Assembly: GCA_041303415.1 (NCBI GenBank)
Contig: JBFYPG010000187.1
Location: forward strand, 9,902 to 73,901
DNA length: 64,000 bases
Source of the DNA: Bacteroidales bacterium
Lineage (GTDB): Bacteria > Bacteroidota > Bacteroidia > Bacteroidales > VadinHA17
Reading direction: 5' to 3'
Shown: positions 35,602 through 45,363 of the stretch, piece by piece
How positions within the stretch are numbered: the first letter of the stretch is position 1
How the letters are laid out: each line of letters starts with the position of its first letter
The notes under the pieces: generated by a model
Seen by the model: the letters and a program-made list of their open reading frames with translations, nothing else
Told to the model about the DNA's origin: nothing
Databases searched by the model: none
Position numbers and translations under genes: made by a program

Positions 35602-38600
35602 ATGAAAAGAATTCTTCTTAAAACACAGGTTACTCTATGGTTTCTTCTAATAATATCTGCCGGGCTCTATTCACAACCTTTCACTGATTCGGGGATATCC
35701 CTAACCGGTATCAGGGATGGTTCGCTGTCCTGGGGTGATTATGATAATGACGGAGATCTGGATTTTATTGTGTGTGGTGATTCCTCGAGTCGTAAAATAT
35801 CACGCATTTTCAGGAATTATGGTTCTGGAATTTTCACACCGCAATATCAGATAAAACTCGCCGGGATTCAGTACAGTTCCACTTCATGGGGTGATTATGA
35901 TAATGATGGAGATCTTGATCTTCTTATTTGCGGATATAATGAAAGCTCCCAAAAAATAACAAAAATTTACCGGAATGATAGCGGCTCATTCACTGACATA
36001 AATGCTCCGATAACCGGGGTAGGTTTCAAATGCTCTTCTGCATGGGGAGATTATGATAATGACGGGGATCTGGATGTTATTGTAACTGGAAGCTCGAGCA
36101 CAAATTACATTTCTAAAATATTCAGCAATAATGGCAACGGCACTTTTTCTGAAGATTTAAATGTTTCCCTACCAGGAGTTCAAAACGGATCAATAGCGTG
36201 GGGAGATTATAATAACGACAGTTATATTGACCTGATACTGACAGGAACAGATAACTCCGGCAACATTATTACGAAGCTCTACACAAACAATGGTGATAAA
36301 ACATTTGTCGAGAATATAAATACTGCATTCCCCGGAGTAACCAATGGCAGTGTAGTCTGGGGCGACTATGATAGTGATGCTGATCCGGATCTGCTGCTTA
36401 CAGGCTGGCTTGGTTCTGGTCTGGGTAGTATTTCCAGAATATACAACAACAATAACGGGATTTTCACAGATATTAATGCCGGTATTACCGGAGTATCGGG
36501 AAGCTCTGTTGCCTGGGGAGATTATGATAATGACGGTGACCTGGATATCCTGCTTGCAGGTTCCCCGGGCTCGGGTTCAATCACCAGTATTTATCGTAAC
36601 GATAGTGGTCTTTTTACTAATATCGGTGCAACATTGCCCATATCAGTTTCTTCAGGTTGTGCAGCCTGGGGAGATTATGATAATGATGGCGATCTGGACA
36701 TATTATTTTCAGGTTATTCAAGTCCCAACAGGTTTACCAGGATATATAGAAATAATTGTACTATTATAAACACCAAACCTTTAACACCTTCCGGTTTATC
36801 AACTGTAAATAGTAATGGTATTATCTCACTTATATGGAGTAAAACCACTGACAGCCAGACGCCGCAGAATGGTCTGACCTACAATCTTTATATTTATGAA
36901 TCAGCTCATACAGACTATAAATTTCCACCTCACGCTTTCAGGCAAAGTCATGCCTTAAATGGAAGGAGATTGGTAGCCCGGATTGGAAATATACAATGGA
37001 GTTCTTCAGGTTACATTGTAAAAAACCTGCCGCCTTTAAAAACATATTATTGGTCTGTTCAGGCAGTTGATGCCGGATTTGCAGGTAGCAGTTTTTCCAC
37101 CGAAAACAGCTTTACAGTTCCTGTCTATACACCTGTAGTTCAGTCTTCCCTGCTGTCATTCTCAGGAATTACGGCAACTCAGGCTGTGGCTTCCTGGTCT
37201 TTCGGAGGCGGGACTAACAGGGTAGCTTTTATTAAAGCGAATGGTACAGGAAATGCTGATCCGGTTGATAATACTACTTATGCAATAAACAGTCTTACTC
37301 CGGGAGGTTGGAAATGTGTTTATAATGGAACTTCCAATTCTGCAACCATCAGCGGATTAATCCCCGATGATAACTATGCCGTACATGTTTGTGAATATAA
37401 CGGGACTCCGGGTAATGAGAAGTATCTCTCAACAAATGTTTTTCAAAATCCTTCTGTAATCAATACTGTATTCACAGAAAATACCGGCATAAATCTTCCC
37501 GGTGGATACAGGTCTTCAGTATTGTGGGGGGATTATGATAATGATAATGATCTCGATTTATTTTTTTCAGGAAATTCGCCGGCAATAGCATACAACGGAA
37601 CATTATTTAATGACTTCAATGAACTTTTTTATCCTAGTACATATCCTATTAAGGTTTCTGCTTCCTGGGGTGATTACGATAATGATAATGATCTGGATAT
37701 TTTAATGTCAGGAGACCTTTTGTATGAAACCTCGAGTGATATATTTACCAATAATGGCGATAAAACCTTTACCGACCAGAATATTGTCCTCCCGGGTTTA
37801 TCAACAACTGCCCTTGCATGGGGTGATTATAATAATGATGGCTTACTGGATTTTGTGCTTACAGGAGCTGGAACTCTGAAGTATGCCGGGATCTATAAAA
37901 ATAACGGTAATAAAACATTCAGTGAGCAAACGGGAATAACATTGCATGGCGTTGAAAGAAGTGCGGTAGCATGGGGTGATTACGATAACGATAATGATCT
38001 GGACCTTATTATGCTGGGCCGCGATGACAACAGCAATAAGATTACTAGATTGTACAGGAATGATGGCAACAATTCCTTTGTGGAACAGTCTTATACAGAA
38101 TTAGTTGGATTGGAATCCGGCTCAGTTGCCTGGGGAGATTACGACAATGATGGTTTTCTCGATATTCTTATGACTGGAGTTGAAGCCTCCAATAACAGAA
38201 TTTCAATTATTTATCGTAACAATGGGAATGGGATCTTTACTGAACAATCAGATATTGACCTGACAGGTGTCTATTTAGGTTCAGGATCATGGGGTGACTT
38301 TGATAACGATGGAGATCTTGATATTTTAATAGCCGGCAGGACTAATAATGAAACATTAATATCCAGAATATATGAAAATAATGGAAATAATATTTTTTCG
38401 GAACAAACAGGCATCTTTATCACAGGCGTTTATAATGGTTCGGTTTCATGGGCTGATTGTGATAATGATTCTGACCTGGATATACTCATAAGCGGTCAGG
38501 ATATTTCGGGTACATATATAACTAAACTATTTAAAAACAATATAGTAAAACTCAATAGTGTTCCTGCAGCTCCACAAAATCTCAGTTATACTGTAAATCC

Positions 38601-41600
38601 AAATTCTATGATTCTTTTTAACTGGGACAGGGTTAAAACAGATGAAACATCCCTGAAATCGCTTTCTTACAATATGAAAATCGGAAGAGTCAGTGGTGCT
38701 ACCCATTTCCTTTCCCCTCAATCTGCCTCCAGCGGGTTCAGAAAAATACCTGAAATGGGTAATACTCAACTAGATACTTCATTTCTGTTTTACTATCACT
38801 GGGATACCCTTTATTTTGCCCGTGTACAGGCAATTGATAACTCTTTCAAAGGAGGAGCCTTTTCAAACGAGATCCAGTTTAATATAACTCCGCATCAGCC
38901 GTCAGATCTGATTGGTATTAATAAGTCGAACACTTCAATTCTGTTAAAATGGAAACGGGGGAACGGTACCCGTTGTATTGTTTTTGCGAGGGAAGGGACA
39001 ACAGGCACAGCGTCTCCGGCTAATTTTACTACCTATTACGGGAACTCCGTTTTTGCTGAAGGGTCGCCTATTGGAACAACCGGCTGGTTTTGTATTTATA
39101 AAGGAGAATCGGATACAGTTCTTCTTTCCGGGCTTAATCCTTCAAAAAACTACAGGATTCATGCTATAGAGCTGCAGGGAGGTACAGGCTCAGAAGTTTA
39201 TGCCAGTGTATCATCAGCAACTAATACAGGTACCTTTAGTACGGCTTCATTTACACAACAACAGATTATGGGACTGACTGATGCGGGAGCAAGTTCTGTT
39301 ACATGGGGGGATTATGATAATGATGGTGATCTGGATTTACTTCTCACAGGAGGATTTTTTGTTGAAATCGCCGGATTGGTCCCAATTACTTCTGCCGGAT
39401 TGTTTACAAACAATGGAGATAACACTTTCACGAGGCTGGCATTATTTGATTCACCGCTTGTACACTCAGGGTCAACTTCATGGGCTGATTATGACAATGA
39501 CGGTTACCTTGATATTCTTATAAGTGGTAATGCGGAAACAGCCCTGGTTACAAAAATATTCCGGAATAATAATGGAATTGATTTTTCGGAACAGGCTCAA
39601 ATTGTATTGCCACAGGTGTGTTACAGCTCTCTGGCATGGGCTGATTATGATAACGATGATGATCTTGATCTTTTAGTTTCAGGCGCGACTTCACTGAATA
39701 CGAGCAGAGACCCGGTGTCGATATTATATCGCAACAATGGTAGCGGAATCTTTGAAGAACAATGGTGGGTCCCTTTGCCCCAGGTATATAACAGTGCAGT
39801 TGACTGGGGTGATTACGATAAGGATGGTTATGTAGACATCCTTTTAACTGGTGCCACAGGAAATTATAATGATAATCAGCCTGTTTCAAAAGTATATCGT
39901 AATAACAGGGATAGTACTTTCACTGAAATGACAGAAATTAATCTGACAGATGTTTATGAGGGTTCAGTGAAATGGGTTGACTTTGATAATGACAGCGACC
40001 TTGATATATTTCTTTGTGGCGCTACTTCATCGGTCTATTCAGATAAACAACCCGTGTCAAAAATTTATATGAACAATGGTGATGGCACATTTACAGAACG
40101 AACAGATATAAATTTAACAGGTGTCTATAACAGTTCATCATCATGGGGTGATTATGATAGCGATGGTGATCCTGATCTTTTGATAAGCGGAAATATATTC
40201 TCTAACAGTTGTTATTCTGCGATTTACAGGAATGATGGAGATTCTGGATTTACCGAGATGAAAGATTTTTCATTAATAAACCTTGGATGGGGTTCAGCAG
40301 AATGGGCTGATTATGATAATGATGGTGACCTGGATTTTCTCCTGACCGGATTTGATGCAAACGATAACCCATTTACAAGGATTTATAAGAACAATGCAGT
40401 CATGATGGCAGCCTCAATTCCGCCCAACATAAAACCTGATTCCCCTTCATTACTCAAAAGTGAAATTACTCCTAATAATGTCAATTTAACATGGTCTCCG
40501 GTTTTAAGCGATGAAACGCCTTCGATGGCGATGAGCTATAATCTGCGATTAAGACCTTTAAATGATGTTGTGTGGTATTCCGCCCCTCATTCAGATTCAA
40601 GCGGATTCAGAAGAATAGTAAATCCGGGTAATATCCAGTTTAATAAAAGCTACAACCTTAAAGATTGGCCCGCCGGTTACTGGGAGTGGCAGGTACAGGC
40701 AGTTGATCAGGGTTATGCGGGAGGAGCCTGGTCAGCAATAGATACATTTATTGTTAAAAATACCCAGGCATTCTTTGAAGCCGATACTGTATGCCAGGGT
40801 TTGCCAACACATTTTACAGATCAGTCGGTTGCTGCAGAGGGCATTGCAGTATGGAAGTGGTATTTCAATGATGGTACAACTTCTTCACTGCAGAATCCCG
40901 TTCACATTTATTCAGCAGGAGGAACATATGCGGTAAAACTTATAATTACAAGCACTGCGGGAGATAAGGATTCTCTGACACAAAATGTAATTATTAAACC
41001 CAGACCTCTGGTTTCATTTTCAGCCCCAAATGTGTGCGAGGGACTCACAGCTCAGATAACAAATTATACAAATCCAAGCGGAACTACGATCACCGGATGG
41101 TACTGGACATTTGGTGATGGACAGACCTCAACTGTCCAGAACCCTGTAACACATTATTATTCTTATAAAGGCACATATAGTATAAAACTGAAAGCCATTG
41201 CCTCAAACGGGTGTGCGGACAGCCTCATAAAGTCACTTACAATAGCAACATACCCTAATGCGGCTGTATCAATCAGTGGTCAGACTACAATTTGCAGCGG
41301 CGACAGCATTTCTCTTTCAGTTGAGCACAATCCGCTCTATACCTATCAATGGAAACTTGATAATAATGATATTAATGGCGGACTTTCAAGCACATATATG
41401 GTAAAAGCTTTTTCAGGTCAATATTCAGTCCGGGTAACCAATCCGGCTGCAAATTGCATTTCAACATCAGCCCAGACCGCAATAACAATCAATCCGTCTC
41501 CGGTTTCACCATATATATCATCATCAGGTCCAGTTGAATTCTGCCAGGGCGACTCGGTTGAATTAAGTGTAACAAATACACTTAATTATTCATACCAGTG

Positions 41601-42771
41601 GAAGAACAACGGCGGAGCGGTAGGAGCCGATTCAAACAAATACATCGCAAGGAACAGCGGAAAATATAACCTTACAGTAACCAATACAAACGGATGTTCG
41701 GTCAATTCTACCGATTCAGTGACAGTGATTGTTAAACCTTCCCCCTCAGCCGGTAATATCAGCAGCAGCAGCGACACAACATTCTGCCAGGGGAGCACTG
41801 TTACCCTGAGTGTGCCTTCAACAACCGGCAATACATACAGGTGGAAGAATGAATTCGGAGTGATCCCCGGAGCTGAGACAAACAGTTATACAGCAGGTAC
41901 CACAGGAAAATACAGACTTGAAGTCTCTAATTCTGCAGAGTGTAGTTCAGAAACCAGGCCGGTCAATATCAATGTAAAACCATCCCCCTCAAAACCGGCA
42001 GTTGCGTCATCCAATTATTCACTGGGAGAATGCCCGGGAAAGGATCCGGTAATTTTAAGCGCCGGAACCGCGGTGCCAGGATATAAATACACCTGGATCA
42101 AGGATGGTGAACCACGTTTGAATGATACTCTGACACACCTTGAGTTTTATGAAAAGGGCATCTATAAGCTAAGGGCAGAGCTGGGAGATTGTATGATCGA
42201 GTCAGATCCTGTGACCATAACCCTTCCGGATGCTCCTGAAAAGCCGAAAGTATATGTAAAGGGACCTGTTGTATGGTACATGGCAGCAGAAAGCAAGACT
42301 GCGGACCGTTACCAGTGGTACCGGAACGGGGAACAGATAACGGGAGCTACAAAATATATCTATGTGGCGAACAAGACATTGGGAACTTACAAAGTGGCCG
42401 CGGGGAACTTGAACAATTGCTATACAATGAGTGAAGAGAGGACAATCCCGGCTTCCAAATCAGAGATGACCGATTTCCGCATTCCTGCGGAATACCTGGT
42501 CAGAGATGCTACCGATCCGTTCGAAAACCTGCAGATATACCCGAATCCGACATCAGGGATCCTAAGAATAGAGCTCGAAAATGAGCTTTCCGGTGATCTT
42601 CCGGTAAAAATTTATAATCAGGATGGGAAAGAATTGTATAACTTTATCTTTGAAAAGAGTTCGACCAGCTTTTCGGCTGAACTGAACCTGAACGGACTGG
42701 CAAAGGGGCTATATTTGATTTCAATTGAGTTAAACGGGACACTGACAACAAGAAAAATAATTCTGGAATAA
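35602..42771 (+). CDS. Large secreted FG-GAP/VCBS-repeat protein, paralogue of the giant gene (2,389 aa): 3 x seven-bladed propeller modules, 2 PKD, 5 Ig-like Cys repeats and a T9SS CTD
   Basis: The ORF track starts at a TTG (35584). I prefer the ATG at 35602, which gives the signal peptide MKRILLKTQVTLWFLLIISAGLYSQ. There are 21 blades (7+7+7). FN3 landmarks are at 37051 (YYWSVQAVDAGF), 38818 (YFARVQAIDNSF) and 40687 (WEWQVQAVDQGY). PKD motifs are WKWYFNDGTT and WYWTFGDGQT. The CTD is LQIYPNPTSGILRIELEN...GLYLISIELNG...RKIILE (42529-42768). Confidence 0.9.
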   Translation: MKRILLKTQVTLWFLLIISAGLYSQPFTDSGISLTGIRDGSLSWGDYDNDGDLDFIVCGDSSSRKISRIFRNYGSGIFTPQYQIKLAGIQYSSTSWGDYDNDGDLDLLICGYNESSQKITKIYRNDSGSFTDINAPITGVGFKCSSAWGDYDNDGDLDVIVTGSSSTNYISKIFSNNGNGTFSEDLNVSLPGVQNGSIAWGDYNNDSYIDLILTGTDNSGNIITKLYTNNGDKTFVENINTAFPGVTNGSVVWGDYDSDADPDLLLTGWLGSGLGSISRIYNNNNGIFTDINAGITGVSGSSVAWGDYDNDGDLDILLAGSPGSGSITSIYRNDSGLFTNIGATLPISVSSGCAAWGDYDNDGDLDILFSGYSSPNRFTRIYRNNCTIINTKPLTPSGLSTVNSNGIISLIWSKTTDSQTPQNGLTYNLYIYESAHTDYKFPPHAFRQSHALNGRRLVARIGNIQWSSSGYIVKNLPPLKTYYWSVQAVDAGFAGSSFSTENSFTVPVYTPVVQSSLLSFSGITATQAVASWSFGGGTNRVAFIKANGTGNADPVDNTTYAINSLTPGGWKCVYNGTSNSATISGLIPDDNYAVHVCEYNGTPGNEKYLSTNVFQNPSVINTVFTENTGINLPGGYRSSVLWGDYDNDNDLDLFFSGNSPAIAYNGTLFNDFNELFYPSTYPIKVSASWGDYDNDNDLDILMSGDLLYETSSDIFTNNGDKTFTDQNIVLPGLSTTALAWGDYNNDGLLDFVLTGAGTLKYAGIYKNNGNKTFSEQTGITLHGVERSAVAWGDYDNDNDLDLIMLGRDDNSNKITRLYRNDGNNSFVEQSYTELVGLESGSVAWGDYDNDGFLDILMTGVEASNNRISIIYRNNGNGIFTEQSDIDLTGVYLGSGSWGDFDNDGDLDILIAGRTNNETLISRIYENNGNNIFSEQTGIFITGVYNGSVSWADCDNDSDLDILISGQDISGTYITKLFKNNIVKLNSVPAAPQNLSYTVNPNSMILFNWDRVKTDETSLKSLSYNMKIGRVSGATHFLSPQSASSGFRKIPEMGNTQLDTSFLFYYHWDTLYFARVQAIDNSFKGGAFSNEIQFNITPHQPSDLIGINKSNTSILLKWKRGNGTRCIVFAREGTTGTASPANFTTYYGNSVFAEGSPIGTTGWFCIYKGESDTVLLSGLNPSKNYRIHAIELQGGTGSEVYASVSSATNTGTFSTASFTQQQIMGLTDAGASSVTWGDYDNDGDLDLLLTGGFFVEIAGLVPITSAGLFTNNGDNTFTRLALFDSPLVHSGSTSWADYDNDGYLDILISGNAETALVTKIFRNNNGIDFSEQAQIVLPQVCYSSLAWADYDNDDDLDLLVSGATSLNTSRDPVSILYRNNGSGIFEEQWWVPLPQVYNSAVDWGDYDKDGYVDILLTGATGNYNDNQPVSKVYRNNRDSTFTEMTEINLTDVYEGSVKWVDFDNDSDLDIFLCGATSSVYSDKQPVSKIYMNNGDGTFTERTDINLTGVYNSSSSWGDYDSDGDPDLLISGNIFSNSCYSAIYRNDGDSGFTEMKDFSLINLGWGSAEWADYDNDGDLDFLLTGFDANDNPFTRIYKNNAVMMAASIPPNIKPDSPSLLKSEITPNNVNLTWSPVLSDETPSMAMSYNLRLRPLNDVVWYSAPHSDSSGFRRIVNPGNIQFNKSYNLKDWPAGYWEWQVQAVDQGYAGGAWSAIDTFIVKNTQAFFEADTVCQGLPTHFTDQSVAAEGIAVWKWYFNDGTTSSLQNPVHIYSAGGTYAVKLIITSTAGDKDSLTQNVIIKPRPLVSFSAPNVCEGLTAQITNYTNPSGTTITGWYWTFGDGQTSTVQNPVTHYYSYKGTYSIKLKAIASNGCADSLIKSLTIATYPNAAVSISGQTTICSGDSISLSVEHNPLYTYQWKLDNNDINGGLSSTYMVKAFSGQYSVRVTNPAANCISTSAQTAITINPSPVSPYISSSGPVEFCQGDSVELSVTNTLNYSYQWKNNGGAVGADSNKYIARNSGKYNLTVTNTNGCSVNSTDSVTVIVKPSPSAGNISSSSDTTFCQGSTVTLSVPSTTGNTYRWKNEFGVIPGAETNSYTAGTTGKYRLEVSNSAECSSETRPVNINVKPSPSKPAVASSNYSLGECPGKDPVILSAGTAVPGYKYTWIKDGEPRLNDTLTHLEFYEKGIYKLRAELGDCMIESDPVTITLPDAPEKPKVYVKGPVVWYMAAESKTADRYQWYRNGEQITGATKYIYVANKTLGTYKVAAGNLNNCYTMSEERTIPASKSEMTDFRIPAEYLVRDATDPFENLQIYPNPTSGILRIELENELSGDLPVKIYNQDGKELYNFIFEKSSTSFSAELNLNGLAKGLYLISIELNGTLTTRKIILE
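41260..42450 (+). repeat. Five ~80-aa Ig-like repeats with conserved Cys pairs and P-S-P linkers inside the paralogue
   Basis: Units contain (T/F)-(I/F)-C-x-G-D-S-(I/V)-x-L-S-V ... Y-x-W-K ... G-x-Y-x-(L/V)-x-V-(T/S)-N ... C ... (I/V)-x-(I/V)-x-P-S-P. Approximate boundaries are 41260, 41500, 41745, 41990, 42240 and 42450. The last unit (KGPVVWYMA...YQWYRNGEQITGATKYIYVANKTLGTYKV) matches the single unit in the giant protein (KGPKVWYLA...YRWYCNYELIDGADKNVYVANRKYGVYYV). Confidence 0.7.
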
Positions 42772-42781
42772 CCCTTATTAC

Positions 42782-44707
42782 ATGAAGGCATCAAAAATAT
42801 ACATACCGTTCATTTTATTAATGCTGGCTCCGTCGTTAAAAGCCCAGATATACTTTTCTGAAAAGGAGAAATCGGTTATCTATTCCGATGCACTACTGGT
42901 ACTCAGTAATTATCAGTCCCACATTAATCAGATGGGCGAATTTGTGGTGAGTGATATCGAAAAAGCCAGGGGCGGAGCCGAAGGATTGCTTGAGCTGTTC
43001 GTTAACCGCCAGGTGCTTATCTTCAACGACCTCGACCCTGCACATAAGCTGAGCGAGTTTTATGAAGCTGAGACATATACCAACAGTATCATCCTCTGGT
43101 ACCCCGATGGTATTACAATAAGCCTCGATCTTAATAATGCCAGGGTAAGTGAAATCATGTCGCACGAAAACAATATTTACTCCATTGACATACTTACCAA
43201 AAAAACGATAAACGGAAACTACCTGAATCAGACCTTAAATCAGAATGTTGAGGAGCTTTTATTCAGGATTGCGTTTAGTGTGGAAAACAAATCGGCGGTT
43301 AACTTCAAGATAGTGGGAATAAGGAATGCAGCATCAGGCACTGCAATTGATTATTCCCAGGCACTCAGGGAAGTCAATGCAGAGGATATTAGCGAGGAAG
43401 ATATTGCTATGATCCAGAACTCCATTAAGGAAGTTCTCCGCGATTACACAAATTTCCTTTCCCTGATCGGCGATCCGCAGGAAGCAGCCGAGGAGAAGAA
43501 TTTTTATAAGGAGAGCTTCACCGGGCTCTTCACATCCGGAGATATAAGGGTTTACAATGATATAGCACCGGAGCCTGAAACAAACCTCATTTCTGTATCA
43601 GATTACCTGGTAAGCTACGTGGAAGGTTATCCTGAAGGCATCAAGAACCTCTCTATAAATGCTGATTCTGCAAAATTCGGACAGGTGATGAAAGCAGAGG
43701 ATGGAAGTTTTTACACTTACACCCGCGCAAGCAAGTTTTTTTCAGGCAATTTCAGGGGAAGAGATGTGTTCAGAAACTCATTTCAGCTGGTCTTTAAGAT
43801 CACTTTCAAATCAGCTGAAAACATATTTACCGACTTCAAAATAAACAGTATCGACAGATCTGAAACTGATTATCTGCAGGCTGCCGCTGAAACAGGCCCG
43901 GCCGAGCTTCCACAGGTAATTATAAGGCCTGTGACCAGGAAGGGACTGAGCCTCTCCTTTATTGGCTCTTTCGGCATGACCAGCATCACAAACAGAAATA
44001 TTGAGTCACTGACTATCCTGAAAGATTCGGTTTCCTGGACCCTGAAGCCGCTGTCCGGCTTCATCACTGCCCTCGGTGTCACTTACTACTTCAATGATAA
44101 TATTGCTGTGCGGAGCGGATTGGAATTCAACACTTATTCTGCAAAATACAATCTTGCAGGAAAATTCGGGAGCAAAACAAAGGCGGCTGATTTAAATTCC
44201 GATGAGTTTTATAAAAGGATTTCTGCTGATTATGATTCACTTATTAACATAAACTATATAACCCTGCCTCTTCTTATAAATTATACAAGCGGCAAACCCG
44301 GCAAATTAGGATTCTTCGCGGAAGGCGGGGCAAAAATCTCAATTCCTCAGAAAGCACAATACAACTGTACCGGATATTATATATATACAGGATACTACCC
44401 TGATAATCCAGCTGTGTTGCAGGTGCTTGACATTGAGGAACTTGGATTCTACAGGAGGGAAAATATAGACATTACAGATAAAGTGAAGATAAAGGGTTTT
44501 AACCTTGCACTTTACGCTTCCGCCGGAATTAATATACCTTTGGGATATTATTCATCAATAACATTCGGGCCCGAGGCTGTCATAGGGATAACTGATATTG
44601 CCGGCGAAAACAAAAAGTATATGGATATCTTCGGAGTTGAACACGAGCATCTGGCTACAAAAATCAAAAATTTCGGTTTAAGAATAAGTTTAGCATACAA
44701 ATTGTAG
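42782..44707 (+). CDS. Outer-membrane beta-barrel protein with a ~380-aa N-terminal region of unknown function
   Basis: 641 aa. It starts 10 nt after the paralogue stop. The signal peptide is MKASKIYIPFILLMLAPSLKAQ. The C-terminal ~255 aa show alternating-hydrophobic strands (GLSLSFIGSFGM, ITALGVTYYF, AVRSGLEFNTYSA, YITLPLLINYT, GFFAEGGAKISIP, GFNLALYASAGINIPL, SITFGPEAVIGITDI, NFGLRISLAYKL at the C-terminus), which is typical of OMP_b-brl_2/porin-like barrels. No PorP/SprF-type N-terminal motif was recognised. Confidence 0.7.
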   Translation: MKASKIYIPFILLMLAPSLKAQIYFSEKEKSVIYSDALLVLSNYQSHINQMGEFVVSDIEKARGGAEGLLELFVNRQVLIFNDLDPAHKLSEFYEAETYTNSIILWYPDGITISLDLNNARVSEIMSHENNIYSIDILTKKTINGNYLNQTLNQNVEELLFRIAFSVENKSAVNFKIVGIRNAASGTAIDYSQALREVNAEDISEEDIAMIQNSIKEVLRDYTNFLSLIGDPQEAAEEKNFYKESFTGLFTSGDIRVYNDIAPEPETNLISVSDYLVSYVEGYPEGIKNLSINADSAKFGQVMKAEDGSFYTYTRASKFFSGNFRGRDVFRNSFQLVFKITFKSAENIFTDFKINSIDRSETDYLQAAAETGPAELPQVIIRPVTRKGLSLSFIGSFGMTSITNRNIESLTILKDSVSWTLKPLSGFITALGVTYYFNDNIAVRSGLEFNTYSAKYNLAGKFGSKTKAADLNSDEFYKRISADYDSLININYITLPLLINYTSGKPGKLGFFAEGGAKISIPQKAQYNCTGYYIYTGYYPDNPAVLQVLDIEELGFYRRENIDITDKVKIKGFNLALYASAGINIPLGYYSSITFGPEAVIGITDIAGENKKYMDIFGVEHEHLATKIKNFGLRISLAYKL

Positions 44708-44733
44708 TATAGCAGGTAAACAAACGATAATTT

Positions 44734-45363
44734 ATGTTTAAAAGATTCCTATCAGCAGTATTAGTGTTATTTGTAAGTATCTGTGTTACAGCGCAGGAGA
44801 CCAAGACTGCTGTAACCACCAAACAGGCAAAGATTACCGACGAAATCAACCTCAGCACGGCCGATATCGAACTGTTCAAGGAACAAACCAGGCAGAAAGT
44901 TGAGGAGTTTCAGCAATATATTGTTACCCTCGGAAGCAAGGACGAACCTGTGGAAAAGAGAAATATGGCGGAAAAAGAGGCATTAAAGCTCTTTTATAAA
45001 GGCGCAGAAATGGAAATATCCACTGCTCTTCCTGACGGTTCTGTTCAGAAAGTGAACAGGCCTATGGAAAAATACCTTGCCAGGCTGAAATCGCTGCCAT
45101 ATACCAGGGTCGTAATTAAATTCTACGATATCGCTTATATCAGGGAATTCACAAAGGGACCTGACGGAAAGTACTATTCAACGGCTACCATCATACAGGA
45201 ATTTACCGGCTTCAGCAACGACGATATCATCTATACCGATATCACCAAGAAGGAGGTGGAGATCATAATCGATATTGTTGAAGATACTTTCTTCCAGGAA
45301 AAAAGATGGAAGATTTTCCTTGGCGATATCAAAGCCACTGAAACAAAAACAGCTATCTCCTGA
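44734..45363 (+). CDS. Hypothetical exported protein (209 aa)
   Basis: The signal peptide is MFKRFLSAVLVLFVSICVTAQ. It lies 26 nt after the upstream stop. It has no recognisable catalytic motif. By eye it shares a ~110-aa pattern with the N-terminal region of the 641-aa protein. Confidence 0.6.
   Translation: MFKRFLSAVLVLFVSICVTAQETKTAVTTKQAKITDEINLSTADIELFKEQTRQKVEEFQQYIVTLGSKDEPVEKRNMAEKEALKLFYKGAEMEISTALPDGSVQKVNRPMEKYLARLKSLPYTRVVIKFYDIAYIREFTKGPDGKYYSTATIIQEFTGFSNDDIIYTDITKKEVEIIIDIVEDTFFQEKRWKIFLGDIKATETKTAIS

Noticed and set aside
36368-41831. Alternative-frame or antisense ORFs inside the 2,389-aa paralogue (36368-36769, 38527-38769, 39281-39523, 39548-39889, 41586-41831).
   Set aside because: The reason is the same as for the giant gene. 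For example, 36368-36769 contains LPGEIMIMT, the shifted reading of WGDYDNDG.
7947-42771. Whether the periodic repeats could be a CRISPR array, or a DGR/variable-region target.
   Set aside because: The repeats are in-frame coding modules of 1.7-1.9 kb and blades of ~165 nt, not 25-40-bp direct repeats with unique spacers. No cas genes, reverse transcriptase or template-repeat pair is present in the window.
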